Made by a program: the position numbers and the translations under genes
The notes under the pieces: model-generated
Told to the model about the DNA's origin: nothing
Seen by the model: only the letters and a program-made list of their open reading frames with translations
Database searches by the model: none
Source: Candidatus Eremiobacteria bacterium
GTDB taxonomy: Bacteria > Vulcanimicrobiota > Vulcanimicrobiia > Vulcanimicrobiales > Vulcanimicrobiaceae
Direction of reading: 5' to 3'
Length of the DNA stretch: 64,000 bases
NCBI GenBank assembly: GCA_963737065.1
Contig: CAVTRC010000001.1
Coordinates: 2,336,001 to 2,400,000 of the forward strand
Part shown: in pieces, positions 19,615-29,004 of the stretch
How positions within the stretch are numbered: the stretch's first letter is position 1
Layout of the letters: the number at the start of each line of letters is the position of its first letter

Positions 19615-19643
19615 AGTCTAACATGAAGGACGCGGCAATGCAA
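19615..19643 (-). promoter_or_regulatory. Sigma70-type promoter of the leader/HDO transcript
   Basis: TTGCAT-N17-TAGACT with extended TGn. Confidence 0.65.
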
Positions 19644-19836
19644 TACATCGTCCGTCCTTGCGACGGCATGTTGCGGCTTCGCGTTCGCAGGTGCCACGTT
19701 TGCCGCGAACGGCCCGGCGGCGGGTCATGACCCAACCGATGTGTCGCGACGCTCAGGCGCAGGGAAAGCGCGATTCGCGTCGCAGCAGTCGCCGCACTGC
19801 CCGCACGCGGCATCGTGCTGCGTGGCCCGTTTTACA

Positions 19837-20190
19837 ATGAGTTTTTTCTTGAAGTGGCTGAAGGCGGAAACGACCGCGCACATCGGATTGCGTCCGCATC
19901 GCCTCGTTGAGCTGCCCGTTGACTTCGACACCGCGTACGGTCGCGTTCTCCACGCGATTGAAGTAACGCTCGGCGCGAACGTCTACATCGACGATCGCAA
20001 CGGCCGCTTTATCGAAGCGGGCTTCGGACTGGTGAACAACGAGCGCGTGCGCGTGAGCTTCGAAACCGAATCGGCGTTCGCAACTTGCGTGCGCGTCGAA
20101 GCGTACTTCCCCGCGGGCGCCAAAATTCCGAAGAAGTCCGCGGCGGTCGACGTATTAGCCGATACGCTCGAAGCCGGTATAACGGCGTAA
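19837..20190 (+). CDS. Hypothetical protein
   Basis: ATG 19837, protein-like composition, 36-nt convergent overlap with serS. Confidence 0.6.
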   Translation: MSFFLKWLKAETTAHIGLRPHRLVELPVDFDTAYGRVLHAIEVTLGANVYIDDRNGRFIEAGFGLVNNERVRVSFETESAFATCVRVEAYFPAGAKIPKKSAAVDVLADTLEAGITA

Positions 20191-21438
20191 AACGTCCGGT
20201 ACTTCGATCGAGCCGTCGGCTTGTTGGTAATTTTCCATAATTGCAAGGAGCGTGCGGCCGACCGCGAGCCCCGAACCGTTCAGCGTATGCACGAGTTCGG
20301 GTTTCGACCTTGGATCGCGCCGAAAGCGGATCGATGCACGGCGCGCCTGGAAATCGGTGCAGTTCGAGCACGAACTGATTTCACGGTAGCCTTTCGAACT
20401 CGGCAACCACACTTCGAGGTCGTAGGTCTTCGCGGAATTGAAGCTGACGTCGCCCGCGCACAACGCCATGACGCGATGCGGAAGCCGAAGCTCCTCGAGG
20501 AGCGTGCGTGCGTCCTCGGTTAAGCGCTGGAGCGCCTCCAACGATTGCTCCGGTTGGGAAAGCCAAACGAGTTCTACTTTTTCGAACTGATGTTGACGAA
20601 TCAGTCCGCGGGTGTCTTTGCCGGCCGCACCCGCTTCTTTGCGGAAGCAAGGCGTATACGCCGTCATTTTCCGCGGCAGCGACTGAATATCCAGAATTTC
20701 GTCGCCATGCAACGCGGTCAGCGGAACTTCGGCCGTTGGAATCATGAACAGGTCCGCATCGCGGTCGATGAACATCGCATCGGAAAATTTCGAAAGCTGC
20801 CCGGTGCTCCACATCGTACCGCGCGAAACGAGCAGTGGAGGAATGACTTCGAGGTAACCGCGTTCGTTGGCGCGGTCCAAAAAATACTCCACGAGCGCGC
20901 GCGAGAGGCGCGCACCTTTCCCTTTCAAGATCGCAAAACGGCTGCCGGATAGCTTTGCGGCGCGTTCGAAGTCGAGAATGTCGAGCTCTTCGCCGAGTTC
21001 CCAATGCGGCTTCGGCGTGAACGGGAATTCGCGCGGCGTTCCCCACGAACGCACGCAGACGTTGTCTGCTTCGCCCGCTCCGTCGGGGACCGAGTCATCC
21101 AGAACGTTCGCCGTATTTTCTAGAAGCGATCGCAGCGTCGAGTCGGGATTATCGGGCGCGAGCGCCTTTGCACGTTCTTCATCGCGCGCGATCCGCTGCG
21201 AAAGCTCATCGAGCTTCGGCTTGAGATCCCGTGCCGCGGCGGCTTTATCCGGCGCTTTACCGATCTCGGCCGACAAGCGATTCTTCTCGGCTTTTGCCGT
21301 TTCGACGTTCGCAAGGGCGGAGCGGTACTCTGCGTCCAAGCGCAGAACGTCATCGACGAACGACGCATCATTCCCGCGACGCTGTGCCGACCGCCGAACG
21401 CGATCGGGATCGCGTCGTAGTAAAGCGATATCGAGCAT
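20155..21438 (-). CDS. serS: Serine--tRNA ligase
   Basis: MLDI, IPTAEVP, CFRKEAG, RQHQFEKVE, EISSCSNCTDFQARR, TLNGSGLAVGR. Confidence 0.98.
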   Translation of the reverse strand: MLDIALLRRDPDRVRRSAQRRGNDASFVDDVLRLDAEYRSALANVETAKAEKNRLSAEIGKAPDKAAAARDLKPKLDELSQRIARDEERAKALAPDNPDSTLRSLLENTANVLDDSVPDGAGEADNVCVRSWGTPREFPFTPKPHWELGEELDILDFERAAKLSGSRFAILKGKGARLSRALVEYFLDRANERGYLEVIPPLLVSRGTMWSTGQLSKFSDAMFIDRDADLFMIPTAEVPLTALHGDEILDIQSLPRKMTAYTPCFRKEAGAAGKDTRGLIRQHQFEKVELVWLSQPEQSLEALQRLTEDARTLLEELRLPHRVMALCAGDVSFNSAKTYDLEVWLPSSKGYREISSCSNCTDFQARRASIRFRRDPRSKPELVHTLNGSGLAVGRTLLAIMENYQQADGSIEVPDVLRRYTGFERIG

Positions 21439-22663
21439 GGAACAGCGCGGCTTCGTCTTTCACTCAGAAAATCTTTTGTCGCCCGCGGATGCGATTGCGA
21501 CGTTTCTAGCGAGAATTTCACTCTCGCAGCGCGACGTCGAACGCGTGCCGTTAGATGACGCGCACGGCCGCGTTTTAGCCCAGGCGATCGATGCGGATTC
21601 CGACTATCCGAGCGCGCCGCGTTCGGCGATGGATGGTTTTGCGGTGCGCGCGGCAGATACGCCGGGAAGGCTGCACGTGCTCGGTGACGTACGCATGGGA
21701 GCCGCATGGCCGGCCGCAGTCGCATCCGGCACGGCGGTGCGGATTCCAACCGGAGGCGTCGTGCCCGACGGCGCAGATGCCGTTGTCCCGGTTGAAGATA
21801 CGATTCTCGAGGGCACATCGGTCGGCATATCGGACGGCGTTGCGGCGGGCGAGAACATCAACGAACGCGCGAGCGATATGCGTGCGGGCGAAGCAATACT
21901 CGACGCGGGTACGCGCATTACCGCACCGCACGCGGGATTGCTCGCAACCCTCGGTATCGTGAACGTTCCGGTGTACAAACGTCCGCGGATCGCGGTGCTT
22001 TCCAGCGGCGATGAACTCGTTGCGCCGGATGCCGTTCCAGTGCCGGGGCAAGTGCGCGACTCAAATCGCTTCGCAATCGCTGCGACGGTACGCGCGCTCG
22101 GCGCGGAGGCGGTTCACGTCCCGAGCGCTTCCGATGAACCCGGCGCGCTGGAACGCGCGTTACGCGACGCGCTTGCGAATGCGGACGCGGCGATACTCAC
22201 CGGCGGGTCGTCGGTCGGCGAACGCGATCGCACGCCATCGGCGATCGCATCGCTCGGTGCGCCGGGCGTGATCGTACACGGCGTGCGCGTGAAGCCCGGG
22301 AAACCGACCGTACTTGCGGCTATCGGCGCGCAACCGGTGATCGGTCTGCCGGGAAACCCGACGTCCGCCGTCATTATCTTGCAGGCAATCGTCCGTCCCG
22401 TGATCGACGCGATGACGGGCGCGCGATATCGGCCCGCAACCGTTGAAGCGCGTCTCGACGTCCCGGTTTCGAGCCGGCGTGGTTGGACCTGGTACGTTCC
22501 TGTGGCTGTAAAGAATGAAGGCAGCGAGCCCGTGGCGCATCCACTTCCTTTGCGCTCCTCGACGGTGAGCATCATCGCTCGCGCTGACGGATACATCGTT
22601 TTGCCGGAGGACGTCGAGGCATATCCTGCGGGAACACGCGTTCGCGTTACGCGATTTATTTAA
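21437..22663 (+). CDS. moeA: Molybdopterin molybdotransferase
   Basis: SAMDGFAV, IPTGG, SSGDEL, TGGSSVG, KPGKP, GLPGNP; start position tentative. Confidence 0.93.
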   Translation: MEQRGFVFHSENLLSPADAIATFLARISLSQRDVERVPLDDAHGRVLAQAIDADSDYPSAPRSAMDGFAVRAADTPGRLHVLGDVRMGAAWPAAVASGTAVRIPTGGVVPDGADAVVPVEDTILEGTSVGISDGVAAGENINERASDMRAGEAILDAGTRITAPHAGLLATLGIVNVPVYKRPRIAVLSSGDELVAPDAVPVPGQVRDSNRFAIAATVRALGAEAVHVPSASDEPGALERALRDALANADAAILTGGSSVGERDRTPSAIASLGAPGVIVHGVRVKPGKPTVLAAIGAQPVIGLPGNPTSAVIILQAIVRPVIDAMTGARYRPATVEARLDVPVSSRRGWTWYVPVAVKNEGSEPVAHPLPLRSSTVSIIARADGYIVLPEDVEAYPAGTRVRVTRFI

Positions 22664-22692
22664 AATCCCACGTACACGGAGGTAATCTACAC

Positions 22693-23790
22693 GTGATCCG
22701 TCCGGCGCCTGAAATCGAGGCGATTCCCGCGATGACGCCGTTCATCGGACCGGAACAACTGATGCGCGAAGGCGGCCGCAGCGAGCTCGTGCGTCTCGGC
22801 GCAAACGAGAGCGCGTTCGGGCCGTCGCCGCGCGCCGTGACCGCGATGGCTGCGGAGCTGCCGCGTATTTCGTGGTACGGCGATCCCGAGTCGTACGAAC
22901 TGCGCACGGCTCTATCAGCGAAACACGGCTGCCGCGTCGAGGAGGTCGTCGTCGGCGCGGGCATCGACGACCTGATGGGCCTCGTCGTGCGTGCATTTGT
23001 TGCGCCCGGCGCTGCAGCGCTGACGACGCGCGGATCGTATCCGACCTTGAACTATCACGTCACCGGTTACGGCGGGCGGCTGGTATATGCGAACTACCGC
23101 GATGACGGACGGCCGGATCTCGACGCATTGCTTGACGTTGCGACCCGCGAAAAGCCATCGGTCGTGTATCTCGCGAATCCCGACAATCCGAGCGGAACGT
23201 TCATTCGCAAGGACGACATGATTGCGTTTTTCGATGCGCTTCCGCGCGACGCCGTCTTTCTCTTGGACGAAGCGTACGCCGATTTCGTCGACGAGACCGA
23301 CCTCTTGCCCGCGCACATCGAGGACCGTTTGATTCGCGCTCGTACGTTTTCGAAGGCATACGGCATGGCGGGCGCGCGCATTGGTTATGCGATCACGACG
23401 GAACCCAACGTCGCGACGCTGCAGAAAATTCGCCTCCACTACGGCGTGAATCGCAACGCGCAGATCGGCGCGCTGGCTTCGCTCGAAGATGAACCGTTTC
23501 GATCCTATGTCGTCGATGAAGTCGCCGCCGCGCGCGCTGATTACTACGCGCTCGCAACGCAACTCGGTCTTGCATGGATCGAGTCCTTCACGAACTTCGT
23601 CTGCATCGATGTGGGAACCGCCGATCGTGCAACGCGCGTGATGAACGAACTGCTCGCGCGCGGCGTGTGGATTCGCAAACCCGGCCTGCCGCCGCTCGAT
23701 CGTTTCGTACGCGTGAGCGCCGGGACGAAGCCGATGCGCGATGCCTTTGCCGCGGCGTTCAGAGCGGTCCTTAACGAGGTTCGCGCGTGA
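22693..23790 (+). CDS. Class I/II aminotransferase (histidinol-phosphate aminotransferase-like)
   Basis: LGANES, ANPDNPSG, LDEAY, RTFSKAYGMAGARIGY. Confidence 0.85.
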   Translation: MIRPAPEIEAIPAMTPFIGPEQLMREGGRSELVRLGANESAFGPSPRAVTAMAAELPRISWYGDPESYELRTALSAKHGCRVEEVVVGAGIDDLMGLVVRAFVAPGAAALTTRGSYPTLNYHVTGYGGRLVYANYRDDGRPDLDALLDVATREKPSVVYLANPDNPSGTFIRKDDMIAFFDALPRDAVFLLDEAYADFVDETDLLPAHIEDRLIRARTFSKAYGMAGARIGYAITTEPNVATLQKIRLHYGVNRNAQIGALASLEDEPFRSYVVDEVAAARADYYALATQLGLAWIESFTNFVCIDVGTADRATRVMNELLARGVWIRKPGLPPLDRFVRVSAGTKPMRDAFAAAFRAVLNEVRA

Positions 23791-24512
23791 GATACGCGAT
23801 CGTCTCGGACATTCACGGCAATATCGAGTCGCTCGAGCGGGCGTTTGCGTTGATCGGCGACGAAGAGGCGGTGCTGTGTTTGGGCGATATCGTCGGATAC
23901 GGTCCGAACCCAAACGAGTGCGTTCGCCTCGTTCGCGCGCGGGCTGAAAACGGGGTTCTCGGCAATCACGATATCGCCGCTCTGGAGAACTTCGGCGTCG
24001 AATACTTCAACGATGCCGCACGCGCCGCGATTGCATGGACGCAGAACGTGCTCAACGAGGAAAGCCGAGATTGGCTCAACGGCCTCTCGTACGAACTGCG
24101 CTACCCGGAATTTTTGCTCGTGCACGGTGCGCCGGTGAATTATTTCGAGTACATTCTCGACAAACGGACGGCCGCGCGCGCATTCGCGAACACGGATGCT
24201 CCGCTCATCTTTGTCGGGCACACACATATTGCGGAGTATTGGGTCCAAGAACCCGACGGAAGCATCGGCCATAAACACATGCAACACGGCGGCGAATTAC
24301 AGCTGCAAGATGGCCGCCGCTATATCGTCGACGTCGGAAGCATCGGCCAGCCGCGCGATCTCAATCCCGAAGCGTCCTTCGCGATGTACGACAGCGCGAC
24401 ACGGCGCGTGGAATGGGTGCGCTTTCCCTATCCGATCGCCGAAGTGCAAGAGAAGATTCATCACGCGCACTTGCCGGATTATCTCGCAACGCGTCTGGAG
24501 TCCGGGCGGTGA
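23787..24512 (+). CDS. Metallophosphoesterase family protein
   Basis: SDIHGN, LGDIVGYG, GNHD, HG, GHTH, GSIGQPRD. Confidence 0.9.
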   Translation: MRYAIVSDIHGNIESLERAFALIGDEEAVLCLGDIVGYGPNPNECVRLVRARAENGVLGNHDIAALENFGVEYFNDAARAAIAWTQNVLNEESRDWLNGLSYELRYPEFLLVHGAPVNYFEYILDKRTAARAFANTDAPLIFVGHTHIAEYWVQEPDGSIGHKHMQHGGELQLQDGRRYIVDVGSIGQPRDLNPEASFAMYDSATRRVEWVRFPYPIAEVQEKIHHAHLPDYLATRLESGR

Positions 24513-24955
24513 GCGTGCCGGTCGACGACGGTCATTGCTTTGCGTGCGGCCCGGAGAACCCGATCGGTTTGCACCTGCACTTCGACCCCGACAACGACGG
24601 CGTGCACGCGCGCATTACGCTTCCGCCACAATTCCAAGGCTGGCGCGATATCGCGCACGGCGGCATCGCGATGTCGCTGCTCGACGAAGCGATGGCGCAT
24701 GCCGCCGGTCACGCCGGCCACCGCGGCGTCACGGCAAGCATAAACGTACGTTTTCGAAAGCCCGTACCGCTCGGCAAAGAACTGCGGATTACCGGTCGCG
24801 TCACCTGGCAACGTCGCAACGTGCTCGGCATGGAAGCCGCCGTCTGCGATGATTCCGGCACCGTACTCCTCGACGGCGACGGAAAATTCGTGTCGATGGG
24901 CTCCGTAGAAGCCGTAAACGACCGAAGAAATCCCAGCGCGACGAAGTCCCGCTAG
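24509..24955 (+). CDS. PaaI/hotdog thioesterase
   Basis: CFACGPENPIGL, AHGG...LLDEAM; GTGA overlap. Confidence 0.88.
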   Translation: MSVPVDDGHCFACGPENPIGLHLHFDPDNDGVHARITLPPQFQGWRDIAHGGIAMSLLDEAMAHAAGHAGHRGVTASINVRFRKPVPLGKELRITGRVTWQRRNVLGMEAAVCDDSGTVLLDGDGKFVSMGSVEAVNDRRNPSATKSR

Positions 24956-25089
24956 CAACATGGCGACGACACAAGAGATGTTTAGGCGCGCCCTAGGGGC
25001 GAGTATTGCTTTCCAAAACCTGTCGCGCGCCATGGTCCGGGGGCCCCACGAAGTGGGGGGTGCGCAGGCTAGGCCGGAGCACCTTTCAA

Positions 25090-25584
25090 ATGGCTAAATC
25101 CAAACAGACGCGACTTCAAGCGAAAGAAGAAACGAAGAAGCATAACGCGCCGGCGGTTGATAATCGGCGTGCGCGGCACGAGTACCACATCCTCGATTCG
25201 GTCGAAGCCGGGCTGGCATTGACGGGAACGGAAGTGAAGTCGATTCGTCAGGGCGGCGTGAGCTTGAATGAAGCGTATGCGCGCTTTCGCGACGGCGAAG
25301 CGTGGCTGCTCGGCATGCACGTGCCGTCGTACAAACAGGGCAGCTTTTCCAACGTCGATCCCAATCGCCCGCGCAAATTGCTGTTGCACAAAGGACAAAT
25401 CAACGACTTACAGTCGCGCGTGAAAGAGAAGGGGCTGACGATCGTGCCGCTGCGGATGTATTTCACGCGTGGCAAAGTGAAGGTGCAACTGGGACTCGCG
25501 CGCGGCAAAAAGATGTGGGACAAACGCGAAGACATCGCCAAACGCGACGTCGAACGCGAAATCCAACGCCATGCGAGGGGCTAA
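25090..25584 (+). CDS. smpB: SsrA-binding protein
   Basis: NRRARHEY, EAGLALTGTEVKSIR, RKLLLHK, GLARGKK..DKRE. Confidence 0.97.
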   Translation: MAKSKQTRLQAKEETKKHNAPAVDNRRARHEYHILDSVEAGLALTGTEVKSIRQGGVSLNEAYARFRDGEAWLLGMHVPSYKQGSFSNVDPNRPRKLLLHKGQINDLQSRVKEKGLTIVPLRMYFTRGKVKVQLGLARGKKMWDKREDIAKRDVEREIQRHARG

Positions 25585-26458
25585 ACCGGAAGCGGCGATC
25601 GAGCAGAGCGTCGAGCGCGACGGGATCGTTCGCAAAGGGGATCGCGTCGTCGTTGCGTGCAGCGGCGGCGCCGATTCGGTTGCACTAGCAGCGGCGCTGT
25701 GCGCCGTGCGCGCGCCAATGGCACTCCAACTCACGCTCGCGTATGTCAACCACGGCACGCGCGAGTCGGCGTGGCAAGACGAGTGCGTCGCGCTGCGGAT
25801 CGGCGCAACATTCGGCATTCCTGTTCGCGTCGTGCCGCTCTCCGGCGATCGGTGTGATGAGGCATCGCTGCGGAAGGCACGCTACGAGGCGCTGCTCGAC
25901 ATCGCGCGCGACGTCCGTGCGAACGTCGTTGCAACCGCGCATCATCAAGAGGATCAAAGCGAGACGGTGATGCTTGCACTGTTGCGCGGCACCGGGCCCG
26001 GTGGGATGGTGGGCATGCGTCCGCGCCGCGAAATGGCGCCGGGCATTGAACTTGCGCGTCCACTGCTGCGCATGGCTTCCCACGAGCTACGCCACTATTG
26101 CCACGTTCATGCATTGCCGTACGCGGTCGACCCGACGAATGCCGACCTCGGCTTACGCCGAAACGCCGTTCGCCAAGCGCTTGAAGCGCTTCGTCCGTAT
26201 TTCCCCGCTCTCGATGCTGCCGTCGCGCGCACCGCCGAACTGCTCGGCGAAGAGGCCGAGCGAACCGGCCGCGCGGCATTGCGCCGGCGCGTTCGCGACG
26301 CTCTCGACACGGAACAGGCGCTGCGTGACGTCGATTTTCAGCACGTCGAAGCCGCCGTACGCGCGTTGGAACGCGGCCGCTCCGGGCGCTTTCATATGAG
26401 GACCGGCATTGAAGTAGAAATCGCAGGCGGCAAGATTATCGTTAGAAAGGCGCAGTGA
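25571..26458 (+). CDS. tilS: tRNA(Ile)-lysidine synthase
   Basis: SGGADS PP-loop, TAHHQEDQSET, RPLL, RNAVR. Confidence 0.93.
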   Translation: MRGAKPEAAIEQSVERDGIVRKGDRVVVACSGGADSVALAAALCAVRAPMALQLTLAYVNHGTRESAWQDECVALRIGATFGIPVRVVPLSGDRCDEASLRKARYEALLDIARDVRANVVATAHHQEDQSETVMLALLRGTGPGGMVGMRPRREMAPGIELARPLLRMASHELRHYCHVHALPYAVDPTNADLGLRRNAVRQALEALRPYFPALDAAVARTAELLGEEAERTGRAALRRRVRDALDTEQALRDVDFQHVEAAVRALERGRSGRFHMRTGIEVEIAGGKIIVRKAQ

Positions 26459-27033
26459 AGACGACGGATTCCTACGACGCAGCAATCGAGCGGGCGCTCT
26501 TCACCGCAGAGGAAATCGCCGGCGCACTCGCGCGTCTCGCGAAGCAGATCGCGGACGACTACCGCGGGCAACCGTTGACCCTGGTCGGCGTGTTGAAAGG
26601 AGCGCTCTATGTCGTCACCGACCTCGCGCGTGCGCTCGCCGCGATTCCGGACGGCCCGAGCGAAATCATCGTGGACTACATCTGCGTTTCCAGCTACGGG
26701 AATTCTACGCGTTCGTCGGGCGAGGTTCGTATGCTCAAGGACGTGAGTGAGCCCATGACCGGCCGCAACGTCGTGATCGTCGAGGACATCGTGGATAACG
26801 GCCTCACGTTGCAGTACCTCCGGTCGTTACTCGAAGAGCGGAGGCCGGCACGCCTGCGAGCCTGCGTCCTCTTCAACAAGCCCTACCACCGGCGTGTCGA
26901 CGTCCCGATCGACTATATCGGCCTACAATCTCCTGACGAATTCGTCGTAGGTTACGGTTTGGACTACCAGGAACTGTTCCGGAACCTGCCCTACCTGGCA
27001 CAGCTCCGTCCAGCCGTCTTTAAGGAAGGGTAG
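26455..27033 (+). CDS. hpt: Hypoxanthine phosphoribosyltransferase
   Basis: VLKG, VEDIVDNGLTL, FVVGYGLDY; tilS-hpt-ftsH synteny. Confidence 0.95.
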   Translation: MKTTDSYDAAIERALFTAEEIAGALARLAKQIADDYRGQPLTLVGVLKGALYVVTDLARALAAIPDGPSEIIVDYICVSSYGNSTRSSGEVRMLKDVSEPMTGRNVVIVEDIVDNGLTLQYLRSLLEERRPARLRACVLFNKPYHRRVDVPIDYIGLQSPDEFVVGYGLDYQELFRNLPYLAQLRPAVFKEG

Positions 27034-27087
27034 AGTCTAATATATCGCGTGAACGCGCGATCAAACACATCAAAGGCTTTTTAAGTA

Positions 27088-29004
27088 GTGAGTAAACATC
27101 TCCGGTCCATTCTTCTGATCGTGCTCGCCGTCATCGCGGTTTTCGTGATCGTCGAGCGTATGGTGCAGCCGGGTGAAGGGGCGACGAATCTCCCTTACGG
27201 CAAGTTCTATCAGAAGCTGGAATCGTATCAGGTTGAGTCCTTCAACGCCGTCGGCCAACAGGCGTCCGGCGCGCTTTCGGATGGTTCGAAGTACACCGTC
27301 TCGTTGCCGAACACCGATCACGAGTTTGTGAAAGACGTGCAGGCGCACGTCAAGAGCGGACAAGTGAATTTCCAGCAGCAGAGCAACAGCGGGCTACTTT
27401 CGAGTCTCGTAACGCTCGCGCCGCTGCTGTTGATGGCGCTCTTCCTGTTCTTCATTCTTCGTCAAGCGCAAAGCGGCGGAAGCCAAGCGCTCTCGTTCGG
27501 GCGGTCGCGCGCGAAGATGATGTCGGAGAATCGTCCGAAGGTCACGTTCGCCGACGTTGCGGGTGTCGATGAGGCAAAAGAGGAGCTCGGCGAAATCGTC
27601 GACTTCCTGAAGTACCCGAAGAAATATCAGGCACTCGGAGCGCGCATTCCGAAAGGCGTATTGCTGCTCGGACCGCCGGGATCCGGTAAGACGCTGCTCG
27701 CACGCGCTATCGCAGGCGAAGCCGGCGTGCCGTTCTTCTCGATCTCCGGTTCGGATTTCGTCGAGATGTTCGTCGGTGTCGGCGCTTCGCGCGTTCGCGA
27801 CCTCTTCGATCAAGCGAAGAAATCCGCGCCGTGTATCGTCTTCATCGACGAAATCGATGCGGTTGGGCGGCAGCGCGGCGCCGGCCTCGGCGGCGGACAC
27901 GACGAGCGCGAACAGACGCTCAACCAATTGCTTGTCGAGATGGACGGCTTCGATCAAAACACGGGCGTCATCTTGATCGCGGCGACGAACCGCCCCGACG
28001 TGCTCGATCCCGCCCTGCTTCGTCCCGGCCGCTTCGACCGTCAAATCGTCGTCGATCGCGCCGACTTCCGCGGCCGTCAGAAGATTCTGGAAGTGCACGC
28101 GCGCAACAAGCCGCTCTCGAAGGAAGTCTCCCTGGAAACGCTTGCAAAGCGCACGCCGGGCTTCTCGGGTGCAGATCTCGAGAATCTATTGAACGAAGCG
28201 GCGCTGCTCGCGGCGCGCAAGAACAAGAACATCATCGAGATGCAAGATTGCGATGAAGCGATCGACCGCGTCATGGTCGGCCCGGAGCGTAAGTCGACGG
28301 TGATGTCGAAGAAAGAAAAAGAGAACACGGCGTATCACGAGTCGGGCCACGCCATCCTTGGCGGCATGCTCGATAAAGCCGATCCGGTGCACAAGGTCAC
28401 GATCATTCCACGCGGTATGGCGCTCGGCTTAACGTGGTCGCTCCCCGAAGACGATCGCCACAGCGTCACCAAAGAAGAACTGCTCGCGCAAATCACGATG
28501 GCGCTCGGTGGCCGTCTGGCCGAAGAGATTCAATTCGGCGACGTCACGACCGGTGCGAGCAACGACTTCCAAAAGGCAACCGAACTCGCGCGCCGCATGG
28601 TGACGCAGTACGGCATGAGCTCGCTCGGCCCGATTCAGTTCGGACGCGGCAACCACCAGGTATTCCTCGGCCGCGATCTCGGCGAAGAGCGTAACTACTC
28701 TGAAGAAGTTGCGAGCAAAATCGACGGCGAGGTTCGGAACATCATCGAAACGTGCTATCAGCAAGGCCGCAAGATTCTCGGCGAAAACTGGGATAAGGTG
28801 GAACGTATGGTAGCCTCGCTGCTCGAGTACGAAACCGTTGACGCCGAAGAAGTACGCGCGATTCTCGAGGGAAAGCCTTACGATAAAAATTCAGGTGGAA
28901 CCGGCGTCTCTGCCGTGCCGCCTGCGCCCGAAAAACCCGCGGAGGAGCCGCAGCGCGAGAAGCCCTCGCGACTGCCCCCAACGATTCGCCCGGAACCGGC
29001 ATGA
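27088..29004 (+). CDS. ftsH: ATP-dependent zinc metalloprotease FtsH
   Basis: 2 TM helices, [26 protein letters not shown]. Confidence 0.98.
   Translation: MSKHLRSILLIVLAVIAVFVIVERMVQPGEGATNLPYGKFYQKLESYQVESFNAVGQQASGALSDGSKYTVSLPNTDHEFVKDVQAHVKSGQVNFQQQSNSGLLSSLVTLAPLLLMALFLFFILRQAQSGGSQALSFGRSRAKMMSENRPKVTFADVAGVDEAKEELGEIVDFLKYPKKYQALGARIPKGVLLLGPPGSGKTLLARAIAGEAGVPFFSISGSDFVEMFVGVGASRVRDLFDQAKKSAPCIVFIDEIDAVGRQRGAGLGGGHDEREQTLNQLLVEMDGFDQNTGVILIAATNRPDVLDPALLRPGRFDRQIVVDRADFRGRQKILEVHARNKPLSKEVSLETLAKRTPGFSGADLENLLNEAALLAARKNKNIIEMQDCDEAIDRVMVGPERKSTVMSKKEKENTAYHESGHAILGGMLDKADPVHKVTIIPRGMALGLTWSLPEDDRHSVTKEELLAQITMALGGRLAEEIQFGDVTTGASNDFQKATELARRMVTQYGMSSLGPIQFGRGNHQVFLGRDLGEERNYSEEVASKIDGEVRNIIETCYQQGRKILGENWDKVERMVASLLEYETVDAEEVRAILEGKPYDKNSGGTGVSAVPPAPEKPAEEPQREKPSRLPPTIRPEPA

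Noticed and set aside
19623..19730. Plus-strand 35-aa ORF MKDAAMQYIVRPCDG...CHVC with GAGGAG upstream
   Set aside because: Overlaps the minus-strand promoter of the attenuator and resembles no family; cannot be supported without conservation data.
20867..21436. Long N-terminal extension of the moeA ORF
   Set aside because: Antisense shadow of serS; MoeA similarity begins only after about 21437.
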